Origin: Prasinococcaceae sp. CCMP 1430
Taxonomy: Eukaryota > Plantae > Prasinodermophyta
Assembly (NCBI GenBank): GCA_013416795.1
Contig: RQSC01000023.1
Location: 25,323 to 86,071 of the forward strand
Reading direction: 5' to 3'
Length of the DNA: 60,749 bases
In this document: one piece after another, positions 11,527 through 21,329 of the stretch
How the letters are laid out: each line of letters opens with the position of its first letter
How positions within the stretch are numbered: position 1 is the stretch's first letter
Made by a program: the position numbers and the translations under genes
Notes under the pieces: model-generated
The model's input: only the letters and a program-made list of their open reading frames with translations
Database searches by the model: none
Told to the model about the DNA's origin: nothing

Positions 11527-12612
11527 TCAGGCGTCCAGGGGCACGGTCTCCACCCACCCGTGCGTGTCCTCGCGCTTGCGCACCTGCAGCTGGGTGAGGT
11601 GGTCGTACAGCAGCTGCGAGACCTCGCCCACCTCGCCGCCCTTGTACTCGGACTTCTTGCCCTTGTACGTGATGCTGCCCACCGGCGAAAGCACCACCGC
11701 GGTGCCCGTGCAGAACACCTCGTCGGCGTTGAGCAGGGCGTCCACCTCCAGGTCGCCCTCGATGACCTCGAACCCGTTGTCCCTGGCGAGCTGGATGACC
11801 GAGCGACGCGTGACGCCCGGCAAGATGGTGCCCTTGAGCGCCGGCGTGGTGATGGTCTTGCCCTTCACCGCGAAGACGTTGCAGCTGCTCACCTCCTCCA
11901 CGTACTTGTTGTGCACCGCGTCGAGGTACATGAGGTCGCTGTAGCCGCCCTTCTTGGCGAGCACCTGCGCCTGCAGCACAGGCGCGTAGTTTCCCACGCT
12001 CTTGACTCCCCCCGTGCCGCCCGGCCCCGCGCGGTGCATGTCGTCCGCGATGGCCAGGTTGATGGGCGTGAGCTGGCCGCCCTTGAAGTACGAAGCGACG
12101 GGCGAGCAGTACACGAGCAGGGTGTACTCGGGCGCGGGCGCGAGCCCCAGGATGGGACCCGAGCCGATGAGCAGCGGCCGCAGGTAGAGCGTGCCAACGC
12201 CCGGCGGCGGCACCCAGCGCTCGTTGGCCGCGACGGTGCGCTTGACGGCGTCGATGAACATCTCGGTGGGCGGCGCGGGCATGCTCATGCGCGCGGCACC
12301 GTCCTGCATGCGGCCGGCGTTGGCGTCCGGGCGGAAGATGACCACCTCGCCGTTCTCTAGCCGCGACGCCTTCATGCCCTCGAACACGCCCTGGCCGTAG
12401 TTGAGCACGCCCGCCGCCGGGCTCATCTGCATCGGCCCGTACGGCACGATCTCGCCCTCGGACCACTCGCCGTCGAGGCCGCACTTGGCGACGTACATGA
12501 AGTCGGTTTCGATGAGCGCGAAGCCCTCGAGGCACGACCAGTCCACCTCTCCCAGCGCCGCCGCGTCCCTCGGCGCGCTCACCGCCGCGCACCGCGCGCC
12601 GCGCGCCGCGCG
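11527..12612 (-). CDS. BCAT: Branched-chain amino acid aminotransferase (PLP class IV), 5' end in N-gap
   Basis: LNYGQGVFEGMKA, LYLRPLLIG, KSVGNY (catalytic Lys), EEVSSCNVF, ILPGVTR, GTAVVLSPVG. Confidence 0.95.
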   Translation of the reverse strand, partial: RAARGARCAAVSAPRDAAALGEVDWSCLEGFALIETDFMYVAKCGLDGEWSEGEIVPYGPMQMSPAAGVLNYGQGVFEGMKASRLENGEVVIFRPDANAGRMQDGAARMSMPAPPTEMFIDAVKRTVAANERWVPPPGVGTLYLRPLLIGSGPILGLAPAPEYTLLVYCSPVASYFKGGQLTPINLAIADDMHRAGPGGTGGVKSVGNYAPVLQAQVLAKKGGYSDLMYLDAVHNKYVEEVSSCNVFAVKGKTITTPALKGTILPGVTRRSVIQLARDNGFEVIEGDLEVDALLNADEVFCTGTAVVLSPVGSITYKGKKSEYKGGEVGEVSQLLYDHLTQLQVRKREDTHGWVETVPLDA

Positions 12613-13372
12613 NNNNNNNNNNNNNNNNNNNNNNNNNNNNNNNNNNNNNNNNNNNNNNNNNNNNNNNNNNNNNNNNNNNNNNNNNNNNNNNNNNNNNNNN
12701 NNNNNNNNNNNNNNNNNNNNNNNNNNNNNNNNNNNNNNNNNNNNNNNNNNNNNNNNNNNNNNNNNNNNNNNNNNNNNNNNNNNNNNNNNNNNNNNNNNNN
12801 NNNNNNNNNNNNNNNNNNNNNNNNNNNNNNNNNNNNNNNNNNNNNNNNNNNNNNNNNNNNNNNNNNNNNNNNNNNNNNNNNNNNNNNNNNNNNNNNNNNN
12901 NNNNNNNNNNNNNNNNNNNNNNNNNNNNNNNNNNNNNNNNNNNNNNNNNNNNNNNNNNNNNNNNNNNNNNNNNNNNNNNNNNNNNNNNNNNNNNNNNNNN
13001 NNNNNNNNNNNNNNNNNNNNNNNNNNNNNNNNNNNNNNNNNNNNNNNNNNNNNNNNNNNNNNNNNNNNNNNNNNNNNNNNNNNNNNNNNNNNNNNNNNNN
13101 NNNNNNNNNNNNNNNNNNNNNNNNNNNNNNNNNNNGGGGAGGGGGGAGGGGGGCGGGTGAGGGGTCGGAAGGCGTCCTGCTGGTGAGGAGGGCCGCAGGG
13201 CACCCCGGAAACCGGGGCGGGGGGGAGGGAGGCGTGGCGAGGCGGGGACTGAACGCTCCGCGAGGAACGAAGTCGCCAGTTCGGCGCGCCGGCGCCCCTC
13301 GGGCGCCGGGGCGCCCGCGCCCGCGGGCCCAGTAGAGCGTGAGCGCGCGGAGCGCGCCCCCTCGACGCGGCC

Positions 13373-15130
13373 ATGAGGACCGCGTCGCGCGGCGTCGAGG
13401 GCGGCGCGCCCTCGCCCAGCGCCTTCGAGAACGTGCGGCTGCCCATGAGCGACTTCGAGGGGCGAACGCAGACAGACTTCTCCGCGAAGCTCGCGTGGGC
13501 GCTCGATCCCAACCAGGGCCTCGTGTGCGGCGGCGCGGGCGCCGAGCGCGCAGGCGGCGAGCCTTCGAGAGGGGAGCTCGTGGACACGTGGGCGCGGATG
13601 CTCTACGAGAGCTACTGCGGCAAGCGGCGGCTGTACCACACGGTACCACACATATTCAAGGTCACAGAGGGCACGTCGCCGCTGCAGATGCTGGGTGGCC
13701 TGTTCCACGACGTGGTGTACTTCCAGCCAGACGGGGCGCTCACGCAGTCACAGTGGGAGCTCGTCAACCACCCGACGCGCGCCGTGGACGTGGCCGCCGA
13801 CGGCAAGATATTCGTCGGTGAAGCCGCGAGGGCGGTCGAGGCGCAGGACGATGCCGGGGAGGGGGAAGGGCCGGAGGGGGCGAAAGCAGGCGAGGGTCGT
13901 CCCGCCAGCTCCCGGCGCTCGGAGTCACCCGACCCGCTGCTGTCCCTGTGCGCAGGCATATTCGGGCTGTCGGCAGGCGCGGAGCTGAGCGTGGGCAGCG
14001 GACAGAACGAGTTCCTGAGCGCGGTGATCTCCGCGCGCTGCCTGGCGCTCGTGCTGCCGCTCTCCGTGGTGGCGCAGGTGGTCACCATCATCGAGGCCAC
14101 GATCCCGTTCCGCCCGCAGGCCTTCCCCGCGCAGCTGCATGAGCGCCTCGTCCGCTCGGCCGAGCGCACATCGGGCTGCGACTTGAGCGCCGCGGCCGCG
14201 AAGCACGCCGTGTGTGAGGCCATATCGCTTGCCAACCGGGACGTCGCCGACTTCGCCTCGGAGGATTCGGCGGCTTTTCTCACAAACACGTGGTTGCTGC
14301 TCCCGGAGGGCAACTGGGAGCTGTGGAAGCCCGCGACCTACTCGACGTCGTGCTGGAGGAAGGCCATCGCCAAGGTCCACGCCTTCTACACACGGTACAT
14401 CCAGCCGGTGAACGTCTTCCACAGTTTCGCCGCCGAGCCCAACGCCGACGACATGGCGCTGTTGCTCAAGCGGAGTCGCGTCAACATCGAAGTGGCACGC
14501 GCATACCTGGGAGTCAAGTTGCTGGCGGCGGGGGTGCTAGAGGCGCTTGCCATCGCCAGCGGAGGGGACATGCCCGTGTCGGGCCTCATGGGCCCGCTCG
14601 CGGCGGCCAGCGACCATGGGGACTGGGAGTCCGAGCCGCAGGATCTGCGCGCGGCCAAGCGCACGCAGCGGGCGACGCGCATGGAGGACAACCTGCCGCA
14701 GCCCGCGTCGCACGCGGGTGGCTCGACAAGCGGAGAGCCATCGCTGCTGGAGGGCCTGTCGCGCGATGGCGACCTGTCCGAGGCTGAGATGAGCGCGGTC
14801 GTCGACGTCGAGCTGCACAGACTGGTGTACGAGGGTCGCAAGCTAGAGTCGAGCTTCGACCTGAGCCGCTCGCCTCTGGCGGCGTACCTGCTGTGGGCCA
14901 TGGGAAAGAGCGGCACGCAGGACGCGCTGGCAAAACTTTTGGAGGCTTGGGGTGCGCCGACCGGCGAGGTGCGCGGCGGCGCAAGCGGAGCGCTCAAGCT
15001 GCTGAAGGAGGTGCTGCCGCGCGACGTCGCGTGCGCCGTCGTTCGCGCGTGCTCCATGGCTGCACAGGAGCGGCAGGGGGCCTTGAAGAAGCTGTCGGAG
15101 GCACTCCAGCGGGGCACTCCTGCGCCTTGA
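13373..15130 (+). CDS. Bacterial-type HD-superfamily metal-dependent hydrolase-like protein
   Basis: Intronless, 585 aa. Motifs RLYHTVPHIF, LFHDVVY, GQNEFLSA, IEATIPFR, LANRDV, FLTNTWLLLPEGN, YLGVKL recall a family seen in cyanobacteria and other bacteria (COG4339-like motif order). Confidence 0.7.
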   Translation: MRTASRGVEGGAPSPSAFENVRLPMSDFEGRTQTDFSAKLAWALDPNQGLVCGGAGAERAGGEPSRGELVDTWARMLYESYCGKRRLYHTVPHIFKVTEGTSPLQMLGGLFHDVVYFQPDGALTQSQWELVNHPTRAVDVAADGKIFVGEAARAVEAQDDAGEGEGPEGAKAGEGRPASSRRSESPDPLLSLCAGIFGLSAGAELSVGSGQNEFLSAVISARCLALVLPLSVVAQVVTIIEATIPFRPQAFPAQLHERLVRSAERTSGCDLSAAAAKHAVCEAISLANRDVADFASEDSAAFLTNTWLLLPEGNWELWKPATYSTSCWRKAIAKVHAFYTRYIQPVNVFHSFAAEPNADDMALLLKRSRVNIEVARAYLGVKLLAAGVLEALAIASGGDMPVSGLMGPLAAASDHGDWESEPQDLRAAKRTQRATRMEDNLPQPASHAGGSTSGEPSLLEGLSRDGDLSEAEMSAVVDVELHRLVYEGRKLESSFDLSRSPLAAYLLWAMGKSGTQDALAKLLEAWGAPTGEVRGGASGALKLLKEVLPRDVACAVVRACSMAAQERQGALKKLSEALQRGTPAP

Positions 15131-15435
15131 CCGGTTTTCCAGCGGCAGCTAGGCGAGACTGAACGTCGGAGCGTGCGGGTTGCAACGGGGAAGTCGCGCG
15201 CACCCAACCTCGCACGCGCCCGTGGGTGTGCGCGCGCGAACAAGAACTAATAGGCGGAGCTGCTCAGGCATGACCTGCTGTGAACTGCAGCCACGCTGGC
15301 CGCAGTGGTAATGAAATAACTGTGCACACGAGTGCCACCGTATTACGTTTCAAGTGCTCTGCCCGCGTGCGATGTGGCAAGCGCGGCGGACACTCATGTT
15401 GGCGCGCGTGCTGGTATTGCGGGTAGTCCGAGGCA

Positions 15436-17886
15436 TCAGATTGCGGCCGTGAGTGCCCTGGCCTGCTCCACCCGCGCTACGCTCCTGAGGTGCCGCGCGC
15501 GCAACGACCGGAGCTGCATGGTGAGGAGGTCGGTGGACACCTGCGCGATGATGTCCCTCTCGGCAGCCACGAGCGCAGCCAGGCGCTGCCTGGCGCGTTC
15601 AGATTTGTCGTCGGTGCGGTTGGTGCGCACGCCACTGCGCAGTGCCGCCGCGCTGATGTTTTCAGGGTGGCCCTGCGAGGCGCCAGAGTCAGACACTGCG
15701 CGCAGCGTGTCCTGGCCGCCCGACACGAACGACGGGATGTGCAAAGATGCGCGCGCGTAAGGACCCACGCCGCTGTCATAGAGAAGGTGATACCACTCGT
15801 CCACGGTCGCACCAGTTGGAAGCAATCCTGCCTGCACCGCCCGGTCGACTCCGGCGGCCGATCCCGCCCCAGCATGCGGCGACGAGTGCACGGTCTCCGC
15901 GCGTGCCCCCGCTGCGGTGCGCGAGCCTCGCCGCGCCGCCGTCGGCGACAGTGGAGGCGCCTGTTGCTGGTGATGGTGGTGGTATCCGCGCTGCTGCGCG
16001 GGAGCGTCCGTGAGCTCGGGTGCGTTGATGCGCGCGGCCGTAATGCCTGGGACACCACCGGCCCCTCCGGGGCCTATCATCAAAGGCGAAGCTGGCACGT
16101 CTTGCAGTGGAGACGAAACGACCGTCGCCTCTGCAGCTGGTGGCACAGGGAACGCGAAGGCATTCTCGCCGTCCGAGCCGTCGCTGTGTGTTTCCGCCTC
16201 CGGGCGATCATTCAGCGCCCCTGCGAACTCTCCATCGCGCACTGAAAGCTCGTCGGAAACACTCTCCTCGAGGAAGGTGCTCCCGCATGCGCTGCTGCGG
16301 CGGCCGCTGTCGAAGCTGCTGTTGAGGGAGTCATCGGCGGACGCGCTGCCGCTGCCTCCGATGGGTCGCTGCACAGCCGCAAAGCCCCCCGCACTGCCGT
16401 CATTGTCGCTGTCGTTCTTGACCTTGAAGACGGGTTCCATCGCGAGCATACTGCCGAAGGCGGACATTGTCTCGACATCGTCCGCGCCCACTCTGTCAGA
16501 GAGAGGCTCAGACACAACGCTCTCCTCTCTGAAGGATTCTTCAGGTATGGACTCGACGACTGTTCCATCATTCTCAGAGACAGCGTCGTCCACATGCGCC
16601 TGATGGCCGGCGTCTCCACCGATGGACCCACCGCCAAGAAGCTCGGCGGTGTGACCGCTGCTCGAATCGTCGGCATCGCCCACATCCGTACGCGCGTTCG
16701 CACCAGCGCCCATGATCGCAGCAGGCGTGGCGTTGCCACCGAGCATCGCGTGCAGCTCAGCGGTCGCACGCGCAGCATCGTCTACCTCGTCGGGAATTTC
16801 CTCCTCGATGGGTTGTGTGCTCTCCGCTGGACCGCCGACCGACGTGAGCGTTGCGTGCAGGGCGGCAGTGGCAGCCTCGGCCTCGACCATCGCGTGGTCT
16901 TTCGCGGCAGCGACCGCAGCGACAGGCGCGGACTTTGGCGGCGAAGCCACGATCGCATCAGAGGCTGCGCGCCCACTGAGCATCGCATGCAGCTCAGCGG
17001 TGGCGCGCTCTGCAGAGGCGGCAGCGTCGGCGCCGCCCTCGCCGTCGCTCTCGCCGAATCCGCGACCCTGGAAGACTATCTGTTCGCTCAGCATGGCATG
17101 GAGAGCATCCGTCGCGCGCTGCGCATCGTCCGCCTCCGCAGACGCCGCCTGCTGGCCTGCAGGGCGCCCCTCCCCCCTCACTTGCTGCTGCTGTGGCTGC
17201 CGAGGGCGCGCGTGCCGATGCTGTTTTTGTTGCCCCATGCTCTGCTGCGTTTCTGTGCGCTCTGTGCCCTGCCGCTCTGCCTCTGACGACCGCACGCGCG
17301 CCGACTCGCGCTTTGTAGAGGTGCGCCCGCTGTCTTCTCGCGCCTCTTCCTTGGATTGGCTGGTGCCCTCGGCCCCGCTGGCAATGGCTTCTCTTCTGCC
17401 CCTCGGAGATGGCGAGGGTGAGAGTGAGCTTGGCGGGGATGGCGAGGACGAGAGCGAGGGCCCGGACGGCGCGTCTTGCCTGCCCCGCTGTCGCAGGCCC
17501 CTCGCGCTCGCCGGGCGGCCGGTGCGGCGGCCTGATCTGGCGGGGCCGCCGGTCGCGCTACCGCTGTACCGAGAGAGCAGCTCGTCCGCCCTGGACATGG
17601 CTGATGCGTCACCCCCGAGCGCCCGCGGCTGGTTCATAGCGCGCTGGCGCGCCGCGCCGCCGAACATCGCCTCTGCGAAGCTTGGCTGCTCAGGCGGACC
17701 GTCGTATGAGTACGGCGGCGGCGCGTCGTACTGCTGATACTCGCCGTACGGTTCGTCGTACGATTCCCCGTACTGCTCGTACTCCACGCCTGCTTCGGGC
17801 GCGTGGTAGGTAGCCCCCGCGACCCCCCCCGCCGCCTCGTAGAATGCCGCCTCGTCGGCGTAGTAGTCGTCGTCCTCGTCGAGCAC
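15436..17886 (-). CDS. Hypothetical low-complexity protein with 4 internal helical repeats and a C-terminal coiled coil
   Basis: 816-codon ORF with an acidic/Tyr-rich N-terminus, a repeated AxRATxxLHAML motif and a C-terminal amphipathic helix. The start probably lies in an upstream exon. Confidence 0.65.
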   Translation of the reverse strand: MLDEDDDYYADEAAFYEAAGGVAGATYHAPEAGVEYEQYGESYDEPYGEYQQYDAPPPYSYDGPPEQPSFAEAMFGGAARQRAMNQPRALGGDASAMSRADELLSRYSGSATGGPARSGRRTGRPASARGLRQRGRQDAPSGPSLSSSPSPPSSLSPSPSPRGRREAIASGAEGTSQSKEEAREDSGRTSTKRESARVRSSEAERQGTERTETQQSMGQQKQHRHARPRQPQQQQVRGEGRPAGQQAASAEADDAQRATDALHAMLSEQIVFQGRGFGESDGEGGADAAASAERATAELHAMLSGRAASDAIVASPPKSAPVAAVAAAKDHAMVEAEAATAALHATLTSVGGPAESTQPIEEEIPDEVDDAARATAELHAMLGGNATPAAIMGAGANARTDVGDADDSSSGHTAELLGGGSIGGDAGHQAHVDDAVSENDGTVVESIPEESFREESVVSEPLSDRVGADDVETMSAFGSMLAMEPVFKVKNDSDNDGSAGGFAAVQRPIGGSGSASADDSLNSSFDSGRRSSACGSTFLEESVSDELSVRDGEFAGALNDRPEAETHSDGSDGENAFAFPVPPAAEATVVSSPLQDVPASPLMIGPGGAGGVPGITAARINAPELTDAPAQQRGYHHHHQQQAPPLSPTAARRGSRTAAGARAETVHSSPHAGAGSAAGVDRAVQAGLLPTGATVDEWYHLLYDSGVGPYARASLHIPSFVSGGQDTLRAVSDSGASQGHPENISAAALRSGVRTNRTDDKSERARQRLAALVAAERDIIAQVSTDLLTMQLRSLRARHLRSVARVEQARALTAAI

Positions 17887-18041
17887 GCCCCCCCCGCCCC
17901 ACGGCGGGCCTCACCCACCTGCAAGTAAAACGCATGCGCTCATTCCCGCGCGCGCGCTCGGCAAAGTGGAGAACTACTGCACGCATCGAGTAATAATTCA
18001 TGAGATCAATGTAGGAATGGTGGCGCGTCGATCGACCGCGC

Positions 18042-20564
18042 CTACGCTTTGTGGGACCACCATGCCTCGACCGCGGCACTCCTCGCGGCGGGGTGCGCCA
18101 TGCCCGCTGCCTTGTTGTCACGGTACTTGCGGGTCGCCTTCTTAGCCTGCCGCAGCCACTCCTCCCAGGGCAGCGCTCCGGACGGGACGTCGCACGCGCC
18201 ATTGGCGGATGTGTGCTCACCGTAGTCGCGCAGCAGGGTGCGGAAGTAACACGAGGTAGCTGCGGGCGTCATATACCGATGCACGTACGCGTTGGCGCTG
18301 CGCACCACGCGCAGCGCGCTGCTGTGCGACGCCTCCGATCTGCGCACAGCAGCCGTCAAATTGCCAAAAGCTGCGTCCACAGGTATGAAGTGCACGTTCG
18401 GCTGGAGGTCAGAGTACCAGAACTCGCGGTACGGGGACGCCTGGACCATCACCGCGCTCGAAGAGGCGAGCAGCATTTTCAGGCGGTCGGCGCATCCTAC
18501 GCCATCAGCACTGAGGATGTACCTGTATCGCTCCACCTGCGCCGACATCGTCATGGACGCGTTCTTGCCAGCCACGCGAAGGCCCAACTCCTCAACCCAC
18601 CTGCGCGGCGCACCAGCGCACCATATCTCGCGTCGACCCATGCAAGGCGCGCCATCAGGAACGCCCGTGAGCTCCACGTCGACCAGCGAGCGATCTGACG
18701 GCCCCATGGACTGCTGACGGCGCTTGAGATGGGCACGGTCCTCCGCCGAGAGCGCGCCACGGAAGGCGACCTGACCGCGCTTGCTATCCCACAGCCGCGT
18801 GAGCTCCGCATCCGGGTCGCCAAGGCCGCGCGACCAATGCAAGTCCTCGCGAGGATGATAGGGCCGCGGGATGCTCACCCCATACATCCGGGCTGTGCGC
18901 GAGGTCATGCACGAGCTGAACAAGGGCACGTGCGTGGTCTCGTCCCACTTCCGAAGCTGCTCCGCGAAGGCGAGACTGGTGACGATGAAGCTTGTGCTGC
19001 GCTGCGGCCGCTCGGCGCCCTCCACATCCGCACCGCTCGCGCCGTCTCTGCCACCGCACGAGTCGGTCTGGAGCGCTCCACTCAGCGTCTTGCACAAACC
19101 TGTCATGTAGTTGAGCGTGAAGTCATCGACCAAGTCCCCACGCACGTACACCTCCCCCTTGTCAGTCACATGCACCAGCGCCGCCTTCCTCTGCCACTCG
19201 TTGCCTTGGGCGATGAAGTAGCGATATTGCTCGTGTACGTGATCACACTTCAGGCACCCATGCACGCTCTCGAGCGCCTCTGTCACGTGCGCCTCCGCCC
19301 ATGCTCCCAGAGGCTCCGTGCCGGCCATGCGCCGCGCGCGCGCCTCCTTGGCGAGCGCAGCTGCGTGCTCGGCCTCCCGTCTGCTCTTTGCTTTGCCCTT
19401 TTGAGCCCGCGACGGGCATTGATCAAGCGACGCGTCGGCCCAGTACACCACCTCATCGGCACCGCCACTATCTTGCCGAGGCAGCGCCGCTATGCAAAGG
19501 ATGAGTGTGGACGCCAACGCAATGGGCCTGGAAGGACGCACGAACGCGCTACGCCGTCGCTGTTGCGCCTGACCATCTTGCGGACTGCCAGGCCGCACCG
19601 TGCGTAGCTGGGCCTTCGATGGGTGTGCGAAGCGCTTCTCGGAGCTGTACGCTGCGACGCCAAGCACAGTAGCCGCGTATCCTAAAGCTCCTGACCGGGT
19701 GATCGGGTTACGGAAGACAGCCACCGACACCGCCGCGCCCACCGCACCCTTTGCGTTGCCCAAGACCTGGAGAGTGAGCGCACCCAGGCACTTGGTCACC
19801 AGAAAGTTGCTCAGGTTCACCAGGTACGCCGTGCAGCCGCTGAGCAGCAGCAGCCCGCCGAGCCACGGCCCGGCATCGCCTCGCGTGAGGAGGAAGGATA
19901 CCAGCTCGGCCCCCTCGGCAAGCGCAGCTGCGGGAACCAGCACACCCGCTGCAATGGGCGACATGAAGCGCAGCAGATTCTGCGAGTCGATGCCGTCGTC
20001 TCCCGCCAGCAGCACGGCCTGCAACACGCTCTTGAGGGCACGTGTGGCCGTCGCGGCGAGAGCGGCGACAAGGCCCACGAAGTTGAGCGCTGGCTCGGCC
20101 TGCACTCCGACAGCGACGCCGGCAACGACAGGCACGAGCATGAGGTACGTGGCGAGCGTCTCGACGCGCCGTTGGATGGCGTAGCTGATGATCGCGGTGA
20201 AAAAGGGCGTCGTTGCGCCCACCGCCTGGCTGAAGCTGGCCGGGATGTAACGTAGACTCACGTTGCCCGCCGTGACGCTAGCGCAAAACACGAGGGCGAG
20301 CACACCGACCTTGCCGGCCTGCTTGCGGTCGCGCAGCTTCACGGGCTGCGCCAGTCGAAGCACGTTGATATTCAGCCAGCTCAGCCCAGAGCATGAGAGC
20401 ATATGTAGCGCGGTCAGAGAGATGGGGAAGCGAAAGCCATGGCTCGAGAGCAGTACCTTGTTAAGCAAGAGCACGCCGACGCTCGACGTGTACCACACGC
20501 TGACAGCTGCGGCCGTTGCACCCCATCCGGGCGCCGGGGTGGCGCGGCTTGCGGCGCCGGCCAT
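18042..20564 (-). CDS. Fusion: TPT-family nucleotide-sugar transporter + membrane anchor + GT90/CAP10-type glycosyltransferase
   Basis: N-terminal part: VWYTSSVGVLLLNK, FRFPISLTALHM, GNVSLRYIPASFSQAVGATTPFFTA, LTLQVLGNAKGAV (plant At3g11320/UUAT-type). C-terminal part: WDSKRGQVAFRGA, RYRYILSADGVGCADRLKMLL, YREFWYSDLQPNVHFIPV (Glyco_transf_90). One uninterrupted 840-aa frame. Confidence 0.85.
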   Translation of the reverse strand: MAGAASRATPAPGWGATAAAVSVWYTSSVGVLLLNKVLLSSHGFRFPISLTALHMLSCSGLSWLNINVLRLAQPVKLRDRKQAGKVGVLALVFCASVTAGNVSLRYIPASFSQAVGATTPFFTAIISYAIQRRVETLATYLMLVPVVAGVAVGVQAEPALNFVGLVAALAATATRALKSVLQAVLLAGDDGIDSQNLLRFMSPIAAGVLVPAAALAEGAELVSFLLTRGDAGPWLGGLLLLSGCTAYLVNLSNFLVTKCLGALTLQVLGNAKGAVGAAVSVAVFRNPITRSGALGYAATVLGVAAYSSEKRFAHPSKAQLRTVRPGSPQDGQAQQRRRSAFVRPSRPIALASTLILCIAALPRQDSGGADEVVYWADASLDQCPSRAQKGKAKSRREAEHAAALAKEARARRMAGTEPLGAWAEAHVTEALESVHGCLKCDHVHEQYRYFIAQGNEWQRKAALVHVTDKGEVYVRGDLVDDFTLNYMTGLCKTLSGALQTDSCGGRDGASGADVEGAERPQRSTSFIVTSLAFAEQLRKWDETTHVPLFSSCMTSRTARMYGVSIPRPYHPREDLHWSRGLGDPDAELTRLWDSKRGQVAFRGALSAEDRAHLKRRQQSMGPSDRSLVDVELTGVPDGAPCMGRREIWCAGAPRRWVEELGLRVAGKNASMTMSAQVERYRYILSADGVGCADRLKMLLASSSAVMVQASPYREFWYSDLQPNVHFIPVDAAFGNLTAAVRRSEASHSSALRVVRSANAYVHRYMTPAATSCYFRTLLRDYGEHTSANGACDVPSGALPWEEWLRQAKKATRKYRDNKAAGMAHPAARSAAVEAWWSHKA

Positions 20565-21329
20565 CCGGCCGGCAAGCGCAGCGCCCCGCGGCCCACGTGT
20601 GCGCCTGCTCGCGCCGCCCCTACTGTGGGGGCCAGAGCGTGGCGCGGCAGCGGCGCGGCTCCCAGCCGCCCCCCAGCCGCGCGCGCCGTGTGCCCCCCAC
20701 CCGCCAACACCCGCACACTCACGCACATGCGGCGCCGCGCGCGCGCGCGCCGGCGTTTCGAAGCCATTTTCCACAGGCGAATTTCCCGCCGTTGTTACCC
20801 CGCCTCCGCCCGCGCGCGCGCCGCGCGATACCAGTGGGCGCACGTCGCGCAAAAATGGCCGAAATAAAAAAGAAAGGAGAACATCCAATGCGAAATGATA
20901 TATGCGCGTTTTATTCATGAGTACAGTAAAAATAAAAATAAAAATGGGGCCGGGTGCGGGTTGCGGATCGCGGGTTCGCGACGGCGCGTCCTTCGGAATT
21001 GGCGCCGCGCGAATTGCGCGCCGGTCCGCGCGAACGCGGCGCGCGCCCTTTGGTTTCCGGTGGGCGCTCGCGGGGATGGGTGCGGGCTCCGCGGGTGAAA
21101 ACGGCTCCAAAAAATGCGCGGCGGGCGCGGCCCGCGGCCGGGAACGAACGGCAATTGCGGTTCAGGAGGGCAGGGTCTGTGAGAGGACTAAGGCCAGCCA
21201 GTTGGCCTCCAACGGCGGGCGACCTCAGAGCATCCTCGCGGGGTCCTCGCCCGCCTTGAGGCGCTTCAGGAAGCTGCCGGTGGGGTCGACGGCGGCTGCG
21301 CGCGCACGGGGTGGGATTGGCGGAGCGCG

